Assembly: GCA_050273025.1 (NCBI GenBank)
Contig: CP158635.1
Location: forward strand, 29,450,001-29,514,000
DNA from: Cenococcum geophilum
Lineage: Eukaryota
DNA length: 64,000 nt
Direction: 5' to 3'
Made by a program: the position numbers and the translations under genes. Under the pieces are notes generated by a model. It was given only the letters and a program-made list of their open reading frames with translations. It was not told where the DNA came from and ran no database searches. Below, one piece after another: positions 14,254 to 26,551 of the stretch. Position 1 is the stretch's first letter. Every line of letters starts with the position of its first letter.

Positions 14254-16785
14254 ATTAATTAATAGTAGAGGGGGCTATAGCCTAGCGAGTTATTGGCCTC
14301 TAATTAAATCTTATAATTATATATCTGGTAGGGGGGTAACTTATTTAAAGCCGCCTTTAAGAATATATCCTTATAGCCTATATAAATAGTAGAAAGGAGG
14401 CGTTTAACTAGTTCCTTATTAGTTTCCTTATCTAGCCTTTCCTCTCTATTATTAATAATTTGGTTAATTTTATATAGGCTCGTTATAAAGACCTTATTAT
14501 TCTTCCGGTATATATTAAAGTAGAACGCTATAGCGCTAATTACGGCGATGTCTATAGTAGGGGGGTTGACTAATAATAGGGGCGTATGTGACTTTAGGGA
14601 CTTTTAGGGTACTAGCGTTATTATTACTCCTTTTAGCTCCTATTATATCTTTTAGAGGTTATCCCTTATATCCTATTAATACGTTCTTTTCTATAATGGT
14701 TAGATCTATGCAATTTAGATATTATCTATATTATTATCTGTCCCGCTTCCGTATATAAAGTCCTCTTTAAATATAGCGCTTTAGGAGAGTATCTTTATTA
14801 GTATAGAGTTCTTTCTAGCTTTATAGCGGGCGTCCTCTTAGGTAAAGGCTAGGTTATAGGCCCGGACATCCTACTAGTAGGTAGGGTTACCCCTTACGGC
14901 TAGTGTCTTACGGTTAGTTCGGATCTCCCTAATAAAGGAGGGCAACCTTAGTCTATCCTCTAGCTAGACAAACCGTCTTTTTTATATATTTAACCAAATA
15001 TTAAAATAGGACATCTATTTTTATCTAAGGATTATATCGTAGGACCCTAGGTCTAGAATGTAAAAGGGGATGCTATATTAGCGTCGTCCGTTAAAAGCGA
15101 TATATAACTTTAAGACGTGGGTAATAGGCCGACCGGCTTAGCCGTTATAGCCCTTTACCTAGATAGGCTTCTCTAGTTAGATGGCTTCTATATTTAAAAA
15201 CTTAGTAATATTATTCGTATAGGCAGTATTTATAAAGGCGAAGCCATTTGCTCTAGTGTTAATAAGGGCGGTTATATTAACTATATATCTATTTTAAGAT
15301 ACTATATATAGAACTATAAAATGCTTTCCACCTATTAACTAACTAAGATTAATTTCTTTAAGATCGATAGGGTACCCTAGGGGGGAGTCTTTCCCTAGGG
15401 TTCTTTTTTTCCTGACTTATTAGACGTTTCTCCTTCCTCCATCTCCTTAATATTGCCTATATCCTTTAGCTTTAGGCAGGATAAGGCAAAGTAACCTTAC
15501 TTATTGCAGTTAAAGTACGTAGCTAAGGTAGGGTTGATTGGAGTATTACGGTAAATATTAGTTAATAGCGTAGTACGTAGCTAGTTAGGCAAGGCTTACC
15601 AGTACATAGTTGTAACTGCCTTTAGTATAAGAGCAGTTATAACTTATCTTTCTACTCTAGCTCTTATAGGTATAGCTAGCGAGTTCCAATTATTACGGAG
15701 TTGCTTCTACTAATTAGGGCGGGCGTTAATCCGCTTTAGTTTTAAGTCTAATAATAGGTAATAAGCTGCAAGTCTTTTATAGGTTGGTATGTTATCTAAG
15801 GTTATAGCGATCTTTTCTTATAGCTGGATTGTTAGCTTATTATATAGGTCTAATTAGTAGTTCTTAAGGGGAACCTAGCCTTTTCCTATAAGGTATAGGA
15901 ATTAAGTTTAGAATTTGGCAAAGGGTTAGTTTAGTTTTATTATTAGGTGATTATAGTTATAATGGGCATCCTATACTTTATTCGGGTTAACATAAATAGC
16001 CGCTAGGTGCTATATTATCTTATTAACAGATATAAATTAGATAGGGGAGTTATCCTTAAACTTGGCTTAAAGGTACCGTTAAGCGTCCCTAGTGGTTCGA
16101 CTAAAGAGGTAGAGTATTTTAGCTTCTTTAGAAAGAAAATAGTTATAGTTAACGCGGAGCTTTCCTCGTACTTAAATCCTCTAATTTTTAAAAGTAGGGT
16201 CTATCCCGTTAGATAGTAGTAGGGGGTTAGGGAACTTAACGGACTTTAATTACTTTATTATTATATCCGTACTCCCTAGTATATTATATTTAGTAGAGTA
16301 AACAGGTTAGCTAGGGCTTTAAGAAGGGGAAGCCGGGCTATTTTATAGGGCCGCAAGGCTTTCTAGGATCTCTTATAGGGTCTCTTGTATATTTCTCACT
16401 TTAAGATAATCGGCTTCCTAGCTAGCTGCGAGGGCGCGAATCTGCTCGCGTATATCTACAATATTATTATTATCTTCAATTTCTAATCCTAATTAGATCT
16501 TAGGTTCCTCTTAAATAGAGACAGCTCTCTTAGATAAGCTTACTTTAGGTACCATTGTTAGCTTCCCAAGGTTCGTCGGTATTATACGCTTTAGTTTTAA
16601 TTCTAGGGGTATAGGTCCAGTCCTATCTAGCTTATAAGGTAGGATATTATTTAGGCCTTCCCAGGCAATGTAGAGTTATTTTAGTATCTAAGTATAGCGC
16701 GTTAATACGTCGTTGCAGACAAAGTTTCTTTGGGGTGGGATATTATTAAGGCCTTCCCAGGCAAAGTAGGGAGAGCTTAGTATAA

Positions 16786-16996
16786 TATCACGGCTTAAAT
16801 AAATGCCTCTAAACCAAAGCTTAAACGAATGCTATATTACGAAGATACTAAGCTAAAGAGAAGGAAAAGGGGTCGCTAGGACCGATGTAAACAAATATAT
16901 AGAGTGAGCCGCCAAGGCGCTAGCTTTAGGCGGGCCAATCGCAGGTCAGCAGAATATGGTAGAATTTGGCAGGTAACGTGCGATAGCGCCGTTACA
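16786..16996 (-). repeat. G2 5' LTR
   Basis: Pairs with 7098-7308. Confidence 0.95.
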
Positions 16997-17318
16997 TAGA
17001 ATAAACATCGTAAGATAATTAAATGTTTACTTTAGTGCACTCTAAACAAGAGGATGGTTACTAGGAGGAAGGACTTACTAATATAACGTAAACTAACCCC
17101 TCTTTCGCACAACAAGAATACGGAGATGGTATAATTTTACCTAGCAATAATATTGCAGCAATAGTGCGAGCACGACGTTGCGCGTATAAAGAAGAAAATG
17201 CTTTAGGTATAATAAGTAACAACGCTAACTAAATTAACTAGATAGATATTATACCTCTAGTAAACAACCTAGAGATACTAGAAATCTTTAAGAACAAAGA
17301 TAAAGAGAAGGGAGATAG

Positions 17319-17738
17319 TGTTACGGACGCTTTAAGTACTATATTATAACTACTTAAAGAGGAGTTAAAAGAAGCTAGTTAGTTAATATAAGTACGGTTT
17401 AGGATAAAGCCGGTAGAACTATATAATAAGGAATACTAGCTAAGGTTATATAATGTGCTATATAAAAAACGTAAGGGATAAAGGGAATGTACGTACCTTA
17501 TATATAGCATATATATTATATATAAGGAGGATTTTATAGGAGTATAGTTGTGTATTTAAGGACCCTTAGTCCCTACTTAGATAGTTCCTTCTTTATAGTA
17601 ATTCTTAGAATATAATTAGAGTTAATCTATTAGGCACCCACTCCACCAGTTATTATTACGTTGTTAATTTATTATATTACCTACACGCCTAGCCTATTAA
17701 TAAGTCCACCGTAGTATCTACTATAAGGCTTCGTTATA
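17319..17738 (+). repeat. G1 3' LTR (~420 bp)
   Basis: tgttacggacgc...tcgttata; homologous to 45438-45856, 53286-53704 and 62648-63067. Confidence 0.93.
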
Positions 17739-18639
17739 ACTACCTAATATTAGCGGTACTACTTAATAGTATTTTAACTGGTGGATTGCCGCAGTTAAGA
17801 ACTAATTTAAGGTTAATAACGCTAACTATAACTATAAGCGACGTATGTGCTAGGCTATTAAAGGTCTTATAAAAGAAAAAATAATTACCTAACTAGTTTA
17901 TTGCCAGTTAGGCATTAAGGGTAAGGGTCCTTTACTATAGGATAAGTTTAAGACTATAGTCTAAGACTAGATTAGGAACCCTATAGTAAGATTCTTTAAT
18001 AATGCTATAATATACTATACGGCTATTATAAAGAATAATTAGAGGTTTAATATCTTTCTAGCCTATATATATAGCTTAGAGGACCTCTTCTTATATACCC
18101 CTTTTATTAATCCTAAATAATAGGTAAACTTTTAGTTCTTATATCTCCTAGCCTACCTATAAGCAAAGCTCTTCTAATAAAACTTCGCCTAATAGATAAG
18201 AACCGCTAAGAACCTTTTTAATAAAATCCGCTGTATAGAGCTATTGCTTAATACTATAAAGCTTACAGAAGATCGCATAAGTAGCAGTGGCAAATTATTG
18301 CGTATAAAGCGCGGTCGCAGCATAGGCTTTATAGAGTTAGGTTTAGAGAATAGAACCTAAAAAGGGCGATACTTTAAGTAAACTCCTAGGGAGATTACCT
18401 AAAAGCTAGACGGCTTAGGGGACCCCTAGACGCTAGTGCTACGCACGTAAGTTAAAGGACCGCAGGCGGCTACTATAAGGAATACTAGAAGTAGGCTAAT
18501 AAAGAGAAGTTAGCTCGGCCTTCGGAAAACCTAAAGCCCTAGTAGCGTAGCATCAGGAAATTTTTTTTTGGGCACGTTGTTGCAAGCGAAAATCGGGGTC
18601 TGCAAAACCTGCGTAAGTCGCAATTTGCGGCGATTCGCA

Positions 18640-18802
18640 GCAAATTGCTACAAACACGCAGCTACGTATAAGTAGCCTATGCAAATTGCTATAAATACGC
18701 AGCTACTTATAAGTAGCCTGTGCAAATTGCTATAAATACGCAGCTACTTATAAGTAGCCTATGCGAATTGCTGTAAATTACCGCAAATTGCTACAAATAC
18801 GC
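18640..18802 (+). repeat. ~40-bp subterminal tandem repeats
   Basis: gcaaattgctataaatacgcagctacttataagtagcct units; mirrored at ~61030-61200. Confidence 0.85.
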
Positions 18803-19156
18803 AGAAGCTCCGCACGAAGCTCTACACGAAGCTTTGCACGAAGCTCCACGAAGCTCTACACGAAGTTCTGCACGAAGCTCTGCACGAAGTTCTACACGAA
18901 GCTCTGCACGAAGCTCTGCGTACAGAGGCTCTGCACGAAGCTCTACACGAAGCTCTACACGAAGCCCTACACGAAGCTCTACACGAAGCTCTGCACGAAG
19001 CTCTACACAAAGCTCTACTAAGACTCTGCACGAAGCTCTCCACGAAGCTCTACACGAAGCTCTACACGAAACTCTGCGCAAAGCTCTACGTACAGAGGCT
19101 CTGCACGAGGCTCTACGCGAAGCTCTGCGTACGGAGGCTCTACACGAAGCTCCGCA
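18803..19156 (+). repeat. 12-bp minisatellite (GAAGCTCTGCAC)n
   Basis: Directly visible; explains the overlapping ORFs at 18761-19281. Confidence 0.95.
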
Positions 19157-19201
19157 TGACACATTACTATCGGGTCCCCGCTATATTCCCGATAGCCTCT
19201 A

Positions 19202-19970
19202 CAGTGGGGTGTCATAAGTGTCCGTGCCCAGACCCCACCAAATCTGATATTTTTCGCTGAATTACTATATAGCAACTGCAAAATTAATTCTATAGCTTTA
19301 AAATAGTTATTAGACTTATCGCTATATAAAATCTAGCTATTATAACTTTTTTTTAAAGTCATAAATCTTATAGTCCTTTGTTAAAAGCCCTTATATTTTA
19401 CCGATTTTTTACTTAACTTACTATATTTAGCATATATTTTCTACTACTAGATATTAAAAATATTTGTTAAAAATCTAATATTTTATAGATATTTGCCATT
19501 ACTAAAACTCTCTCTATTTAAATTTTTGTTTAAAAAATATAAGAAATTATTATAAGGTTATAAAGCCAAAAAATAGAAAAAAAGTGCAATTCTCTATACA
19601 AATTCCAATTTTTTAACTTTATAATCCTATAATAAACTTTTGTGCTTTTAAAATAACATTCTAAATAATACAAGTTATAATAATACTATATATTTATAAA
19701 ATAATAAATTTTTATCAAAAAAATATAATATCTAGTTATAGAAAATATATATTAAACATTATAGATCTTATTAGGGAACTAATAGGATTTCTAAAGGAAT
19801 TATCGGTTTAAATTTAAAAAAAAAAGTACTAATAGCTAGACTTAATATATAATATAAACCTTAGATAAGTTTTAATACTTTAGAATTAATTACGTAGTTG
19901 TTATATACAATTTAGTGGGGTGGATTACCTTAAAAATTCGCTTAGGACGGACACTTATGACACCCCACTG
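19202..19970. mobile_element. Tc1/mariner-type MITE (769 bp), foldback-like
   Basis: Perfect 24-bp TIR CAGTGGGGTGTCATAAGTGTCCGT / ACGGACACTTATGACACCCCACTG, TA on both sides; absent from the second copy of the host element (~59985-60020). Confidence 0.92.
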
Positions 19971-20049
19971 TACACATAGGTAGCTACCTTATTTTTTACC
20001 CTTCCTTCCTTACATCCTCCCTACCTAGAGAGGCACCAGAACGGCAGCC

Positions 20050-20285
20050 AGTAGACGACCATCGCCAGAACTAGATAACCGTCACCAGAACCAGACAACC
20101 GTCCCCAGAGCCAGACAACCGTCCCCAGAGCTAGACGACCGTTACTAGAGCTAGACGATCGTCGCAAGAGCCAGACGACCGTCGCCAGAGCCAGACGACC
20201 GTCGCCAGAGCTAGACGATCGTCGCCAGAGCTAGACGACCGTCGCCAGAGCCAGACGACCGTCGCTAGAGCTAGACGACCGCTAA
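20050..20285 (+). repeat. 20-bp minisatellite (GACGACCGTCGCCAGAGCCA)n
   Basis: Directly visible, about a dozen units with no spacers. Confidence 0.93.
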
Positions 20286-20419
20286 CCGTTCGAACGACCC
20301 AGCCAGCAAACACTGAACGATTCGATCGGTCGAATCAAACTAGAGCCTTATTATTAGTCTATTACCGAATCGAATCGAATTAAGCCCTCCTATGGAGGCA
20401 CCCCGGACGACTACCGTTT

Positions 20420-20721
20420 AGAGGTAGTATAGATAGATAGGTACAGACGGTAGGTACAGACGGTAGGCATAGATAGGTAGGCACAGATAGTAGGCATAGA
20501 TAGGTAGGTATAGACAGTAGGCATAGACAGGTAGGTACAGATAGTAGGCATAGATAGGTAGGTATAGGTAGGTGGGTATAGACAGATAGATAGATAGATA
20601 GGTAGGTAAATAGGCAGATAGGTAGGTAGGTAGGTAGGCAAGTAGGTAGGTAGGTAGGTAGATAGGTAGGTAGGTAGGTAGGCAGGCAGGCAGGTAGGTA
20701 GGTAGGCAGGTAGGTAGGTAA
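20420..20721 (+). repeat. (AGGT/AGAT/AGGC)n microsatellite
   Basis: Directly visible; explains ORF 20411..20731. Confidence 0.95.
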
Positions 20722-23700
20722 ATACCACCAATTAACGATTTGGAGCCTCTATAAGAGGCTTCCCCCTTAATACCTAAGTAGATAGCTCTATATTTTATAT
20801 AGTTATAATATAAATATATTTAAAAGAATATTATAGTAATCTATAGGAATATGCAATAATCTGGGTATTATATAATATAATTTATATAGTTACATTTCGT
20901 ACATTTCGTACATTTTGTACATTTTGTACATTTCGTACATTTCGCACAGTAGTTAAGTATTTTGCCGCAATTTGCTATAGGATGCTGTAATTTTGTTGCA
21001 AAATGCGCGTTTTACGTAAATCGCTAAGGACCATATACACCCACCGCGACCGTACAGTTTGCCGCAAATTGCCGCAAACCGCAACAACGAGCCCAAAAAA
21101 AAAATTCCTGATGTATCTCTCTTAACTATAACTAGGGCCTAATATAGAGGGAGAGAAGAAACGCATTGTGGTATATATTACGATTAATATACCCTAGGGT
21201 AAAGTCCGCCTACGTACTTTATATAATAATAGGTGCTAAATTAACCTTATTAATTAAGATATTGTCTATAGGTTTAACCTGCCTATACGCTACGTACTAT
21301 ATTTATATAAACCTATTATACGTTTCCTTAATAGCAACTAAATAATAATCTGGGATATTTATAATCTAATAGTTACTACTAGCAACTCCTAGGGTACCCT
21401 TTACACTATTAGCCCGCAGACCTTTTAGGGCGGCTTATTTAATAATTATAATATAGTTTTTAAATAGGATTGGCTTGTGGAAGTAGATCTATTAATTAGC
21501 TTCTATTATAGACAGTTTATCTAGGGTACTTTAGACCCTAAACGCCTTTAGATAGTTATCCTTAACGCTCTTTTAGTAGACATTAAGGCTAGTAAAATAG
21601 TCTATTTGCTATAGCTAGAAGACTCCTTTTCTATGCCGGTTGTAAATATAATAGAGAACCTATTGTTATTAGTAGCGAGTACCTATATAGACCCTCTAGA
21701 CGTAGAGATACCGGTTATAAATATAGTAGAGGACCTACTGTTACTGGTAGCGAGTACCCGTAGAGACCCTCTAGTGCTAGCGTAGATTACCTATATATAA
21801 GGGGGAGGTAATTAAAACCCCAAAACTATTAAGTATACTATAGTAGAGCTATATACACTCTTAGCACGAGCATACCTATAAAACGTATATTGGCTATACC
21901 CTTTTCTTTACTAGCTCCTAAAAGTACACTACTATATAATAGTCGCTTTAACCTCTGTAGCCCCTAGCCTACTATATATATATAAGAAGGAAATTAATAT
22001 CTTCTTTAATAAGCTAGCAAGCATACTATTATAGAACTCTAAGTACGACCATATAATCGACTTAAAAAAAGGCAAAATGCCACTATAAATGCCCCTCTAT
22101 AACCTCTTATAGAAAGAGTTATAGATTATATAAAAGTACCTAGACAGTGCTCTTAAAAGGGGCTAGATTAGGCCTAATAAGTCGCCTGCTAAAGCGCCTA
22201 TGCTCTTTATACTAAAAGCAGACGGTATAATATAGCTATATATTGACTATAGACGCCTAAACAAGATCACAATTAAGAATCGGTACCTCCTACCGCTAGT
22301 TAGCGAACTCTTTAATAGGTTTAGCTATATAAAGATATTTATAAAGCTAAATCTTTATAATATATACTATAGGATTTATATTAAAAAGGAAGACGAATAA
22401 AAGACTGCATTTAAGACATACTATAGTCACTTTAAGTACCTAGTAATGCCCTTTAGTCTTACTAACGCCTCTATAACGTTTTAGAGCTATATTTATAAAG
22501 CTTTAGGAACCCTAGTAGATACCATCTATATGGTTTACCTAGATAATATTTTTATCTACTTAAATAATAAGGATAAGTACGTTAAATACGTTAAGCAGGT
22601 ACTATAATAGCTCCACGCTTAGGGCCTATACGCTAAACTATTAAATGCATTTTTATACTAAGAAAGTTAAGTTCCTAGACTTTATTATTACCCCTAGGGG
22701 TATTATAATAGACCCTAACCACGTAAAAACTATTAAGGAATGGCCTAAGCCTAAGTCCTATAGGGATATCTAGGTCTTCCTTAGCTTCGCCAACTTCTAT
22801 AGGCGATTTATTTAGAGCTATTTAGATACTATATACCCCCTACGTATATATCTTATATAGGCATATTACAACCTAACGTTAAATAGGGGGAAGGAGCGGA
22901 AGCATAAGTTAAAAGGGCCTACTAAATAGTATTAACCTTGGTCCTGGCCTAATAATACTTAGTAAGCGTTCCGTAAGCTACGCGCTGCGTTTATATAAGC
23001 TTTGCTACTTCGCCACTTTAACCCTAATTTACCCTTAATAGTAATTACTAACGCTTTTAACTATATCTATAGCGGTATACTTCTATAACCCTTAAAATAG
23101 GGATATTAACTCTACTAGTACCTAATCGCCTATTACAGTTAGAAGCTTACTAGCCTAAAAGTATAGTATAATACGCATAATAAGGAACTACTTACTAGAG
23201 TGCAATACTTTAAGACATGGCGCTACTACCTTAAATATACCGCGTATATAACGCGCGTGCTCTTTAATTATAATAATCTTAAGTATTTTATAACTACTAA
23301 GAGCTTATCTACTTACTAGGACTAGTATGCTAAGGAACTAACTAGGTTTAATTTTAAAATTAAATATAAGCTAGGTGAAGTAAATCCCGCTAATATACTA
23401 TTTTAGCGCCCGGATTATACCAAAGGCTTTAAAGATAGCAGTAAGAGGATAGTCTTTAATACTATACTACCTATATTACAGCAAAAGTTATAGGTTATAG
23501 GCCTTGTAGGCGGCCCTAGTGCTACTATACTATACTAGTAAGTAGTATGCGTATAGTATATAAGCAACCCTTATAAACTTAGCGCTAGCGGATTAGAGTA
23601 TCCTACTATTCTCTTTAAGACTACTTTAACTAGCCTAATAGTGCTTAACCCTAGGGAAGACACCTTAGCCTAGGCTATAGTCCCCTATAATAACCTAGCG

Positions 23701-26325
23701 AGTTACCTATATATTATATATTACTTTACTAGCACTAACTTTATATAGAGTCTCATGCTATAGCAAGAGGTAGTAGTAGCTGCTTTAGCCGAAACGGCGT
23801 TTATAGAACACCCCCCTAAATTACTAGTTAATTTTATTTATAGAGTATCAAAAAGGGACGCCTTTATACGCTCTATATATAATTAGTTAACCTAGAAATA
23901 AGTTCCTACTAGTAATAAGGATTACACCCTTAATAATTAAGGACTCCTAAGGTAAAATAATAAAGTCTAGGTGCTAAATTGCATACTACTATAATAGGAG
24001 ATCCTTAAGCGGAATTATAACGATCCTATAGGCGGCTACTATAGTTTTAATCGTACTTTTAAGGTAATTACGCGAAAGTATACTTAGAACGGCCTTACCT
24101 AAAACCTCTATAAATACTTAGATAATTATAATACCTACTAACGCTTTAAATCGCGCCGCTATAAACCCTATAGTAAGCTGCAGCCTCTCTAGGTCCCTAC
24201 CTAAGCCTAGCGGCATTATTTGCTTAACTTTATTACGGATCTCCCAGAGTCTAAGACTCCTATTAGTGTAGAGTATAACTCCGTTTTTATCCCTATAGAC
24301 CATTTTATAAAGCTAGTGCACTATTATCTAGTGTATAAGATAATTAATGCTACATAACTCGCAGAACTCTTATTTAGAGTCTTTATGTAAATAGGGCCTC
24401 TAGATAATATTGTCTTTAATAGGGGTAGTATATTTATAAGCGAGTACTAAAGCACTATATATTACTATCTCCGCGTTTAACGTAAACTTAGCACTACATT
24501 TTACCTATAGATAGATAGTTAGATAGAGCGTTAAAACTAGGAGCTTAAGGTATACCTATATATATTTACGAACTAGGAATAGTCTAATTAGGCCTCCCTA
24601 CTTAAAGAAGCAGCTTTTACTTACAACTCTAAGGTCTATACTATAATAAAGCGTTCCCCTATTAAGCTCGCCTATAGCTAGCTACCAAACATCTTAGATA
24701 GAGTCCTAGACAGCGTCTAAGACGCCTAGTAAGGTAGGGAGGAGTCTAAGTTAATAAATATCTAACTCGCAGAGACGTATTTATAACGCCTACGCCTTAT
24801 ATATAAGGCAGCGGCAGCGTTAATAATATACGCCTAAAAGCTTTAGGTAAAATACTACAATCGTTACCACCTAGCTAAGCACTTCGCCGTTAGTAAATAA
24901 GTCCTACTCTCCTCCAAAAACATCCGTACGAAATGTCCCTATAAAAAGCTTAACTATAAGTTTATAGAACCGGTTTAGATTCTAAAGCGTATAGGGCAGT
25001 AAGCATATAAGCTAGAGCTTCCACTTACTATAGTATAGCTCCACCTAGTCTTCTATATCTCCCTACTAGAGCCTTATAGGTTATACCCTAGGTTTTAACC
25101 CCTAGTAGTAAAAGAGCTTAAAAAAGGCAGCTAGGAAGTAGAAGTAATTATCGCCCACTAGGATTATACTAGATAACTATAGTACCTTATTAAATAGCTA
25201 GGATAGCTGGATAGGTATGGTAAATGGGGATATAAGACAGAACTTAAGAATGATTAATAACTGCTAGATGAGTACCGCAAGCGGAATACCCTAGCCTCGC
25301 GGTTAAAGTATAGACAAAAAGTAAGTACCGCTACTAAAATATAATCTACACTAAAGCGGAGTAGAGGACATCCTAAGGGATTAAAGAATAAGTAATACTT
25401 GCGGTAAGAACTGCGGTATATATATAGGGTGAAGTTTTAATTTATCGGTATCCTATATAAGCCATACTCTAACGCAACCTAGCTATACTAGTAACCTATA
25501 AGTAACTTATAAGCGACTTATAGGCGAGGCTATAGCGTACGCTAGTAATAAAGCTTAATTTAAAATGCACCCTTCCTAGACCTAGTCCGTTACTCTATAC
25601 TAGCTTAGCGGATTATTTATATTAGAAAATAGGCCTGTTTATAACTGAGGTCTATTTAACTAGGGTTTATAACCTACTAGTAACCTACTAGTAGTAACCT
25701 ATACTAATAACTTATATACTATTCTACGCATAGGTTAGCAGCGGATTTAATAGGTATATAGCCTTACTGCTTATAAATCTGGCTATATATAAGTAACCTA
25801 TAACCTACCCGTAAAGTATATATAGTACTATACTAGTATAGCGTAAGGCTAAAGCAGGGTTAGCGGCGGATTTAATAGGCATATAGCCTTACTATTTATA
25901 AATCTGGCTATATACGAATAACCTACAACCTATCCGCAAGGTATTAGCGACCTACCTATATAAGCGAGCTTTAGAATACTTTTAATAGTCTACTAAATTT
26001 AGGTAATAACGTTAAGCTATAGGCTCTAGGCATTAAATAGACTAATTAGGATTTTCTATTCTAGGGATAGAAAATTACTATTAGCTTTATTAAATATAGG
26101 GAAGTCTTAGCAAGGTAAATCTAACTAATTAGACAACTTTAACCGCCGGTTAAAGTTCCTTAATATCTTTACGCCGCGCATATATACTACCCATCTCTCT
26201 ATTCGCAAAATTAAAACGCTTTTTCCCCTTTAAATTTTTTTCTTACTAAAATTTTTTATGGGGGTTTATTAAGGTTTAAGTATATAAAGGATTAAGAACG
26301 ACCCTTTTTAAAGGGGGGGGGGCAT

Positions 26326-26551
26326 TATTAGGTAAAACCTAAGTAGAGAGTTATATAGCTATAAGGTATAGGCGACCCCGGGGTAACCTAGGAATAACTC
26401 GCCTATAAGGTATATACGCTACACGTGCCTAGGGAAAACCCTTCCTATCTCGCATATAGACTCCTCCTTTTTCCTTAAGGATTTGTCTCTGTCTATACAA
26501 TATACCCTATTATTCTATCATTAGACTCCCTATCTATATCCTTACCTTACA
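26326..26551 (+). repeat. G3 3' LTR (~226 bp)
   Basis: Follows a G-run PPT; tattagg...ccttaca termini; host RT sequence resumes after it. Confidence 0.75.

Larger units (their letters stand above)
7098..16996 (-). mobile_element. Ty3/gypsy chromovirus G2 copy 1, full length, interrupted by a LINE
   Basis: 211-bp LTRs at 7098-7308 and 16786-16996; TSD tagaa (7093-7097 / 16997-17001); minus-strand PPT next to 7309; reverse complement of the copy at 30496-36686. Confidence 0.95.
4410..17738 (+). mobile_element. Ty3/gypsy chromovirus G1, 3' half (RT C-term, RNase H, integrase, chromodomain, 3' LTR), interrupted by G2 at 7098-16996
   Basis: Colinear with the full G1 copy from ~50285 to 53704; PPT aaagagaagggagatag before the LTR at 17319. 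Confidence 0.93.
18551..21113 (+). mobile_element. Non-autonomous TIR DNA transposon, possibly CMC/CACTA-like, copy 1
   Basis: ~33-bp TIRs CATCAGGAAATTTTTTTTTGGGCACGTTGTTGC / GCAACAACGAGCCCAAAAAAAAAATTCCTGATG; subterminal GCAAATTGC-rich repeats; inverted second copy at 58838-61288; no transposase. Superfamily call is tentative. Confidence 0.85.
17739..26551 (+). mobile_element. Ty3/gypsy chromovirus G3 (partial gag, pol, 3' LTR); 5' part lies outside the window; interrupted by the TIR element at 18551-21113
   Basis: gag-like sequence ending at a GGAAAAC slippery site (~18523); protease DTGA-like motif ~21225; RT YGHFEYLVMPFGLTNA ~22420 and YLDD ~22537; integrase; chromodomain ~25130-25280; G-run PPT ~26309-26322; LTR 26326-26551 ending ccttaca. 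Confidence 0.88.

Noticed and set aside
18761..19281. Five overlapping ORFs (RASC, AELRVEL and HEAL repeats)
   Set aside because: All are translations of a stop-free 12-bp minisatellite inside a non-autonomous transposon.
20411..20731. 106-aa YLPT-repeat ORF (also 59155..59358)
   Set aside because: Translation of an (ACCT)n microsatellite.
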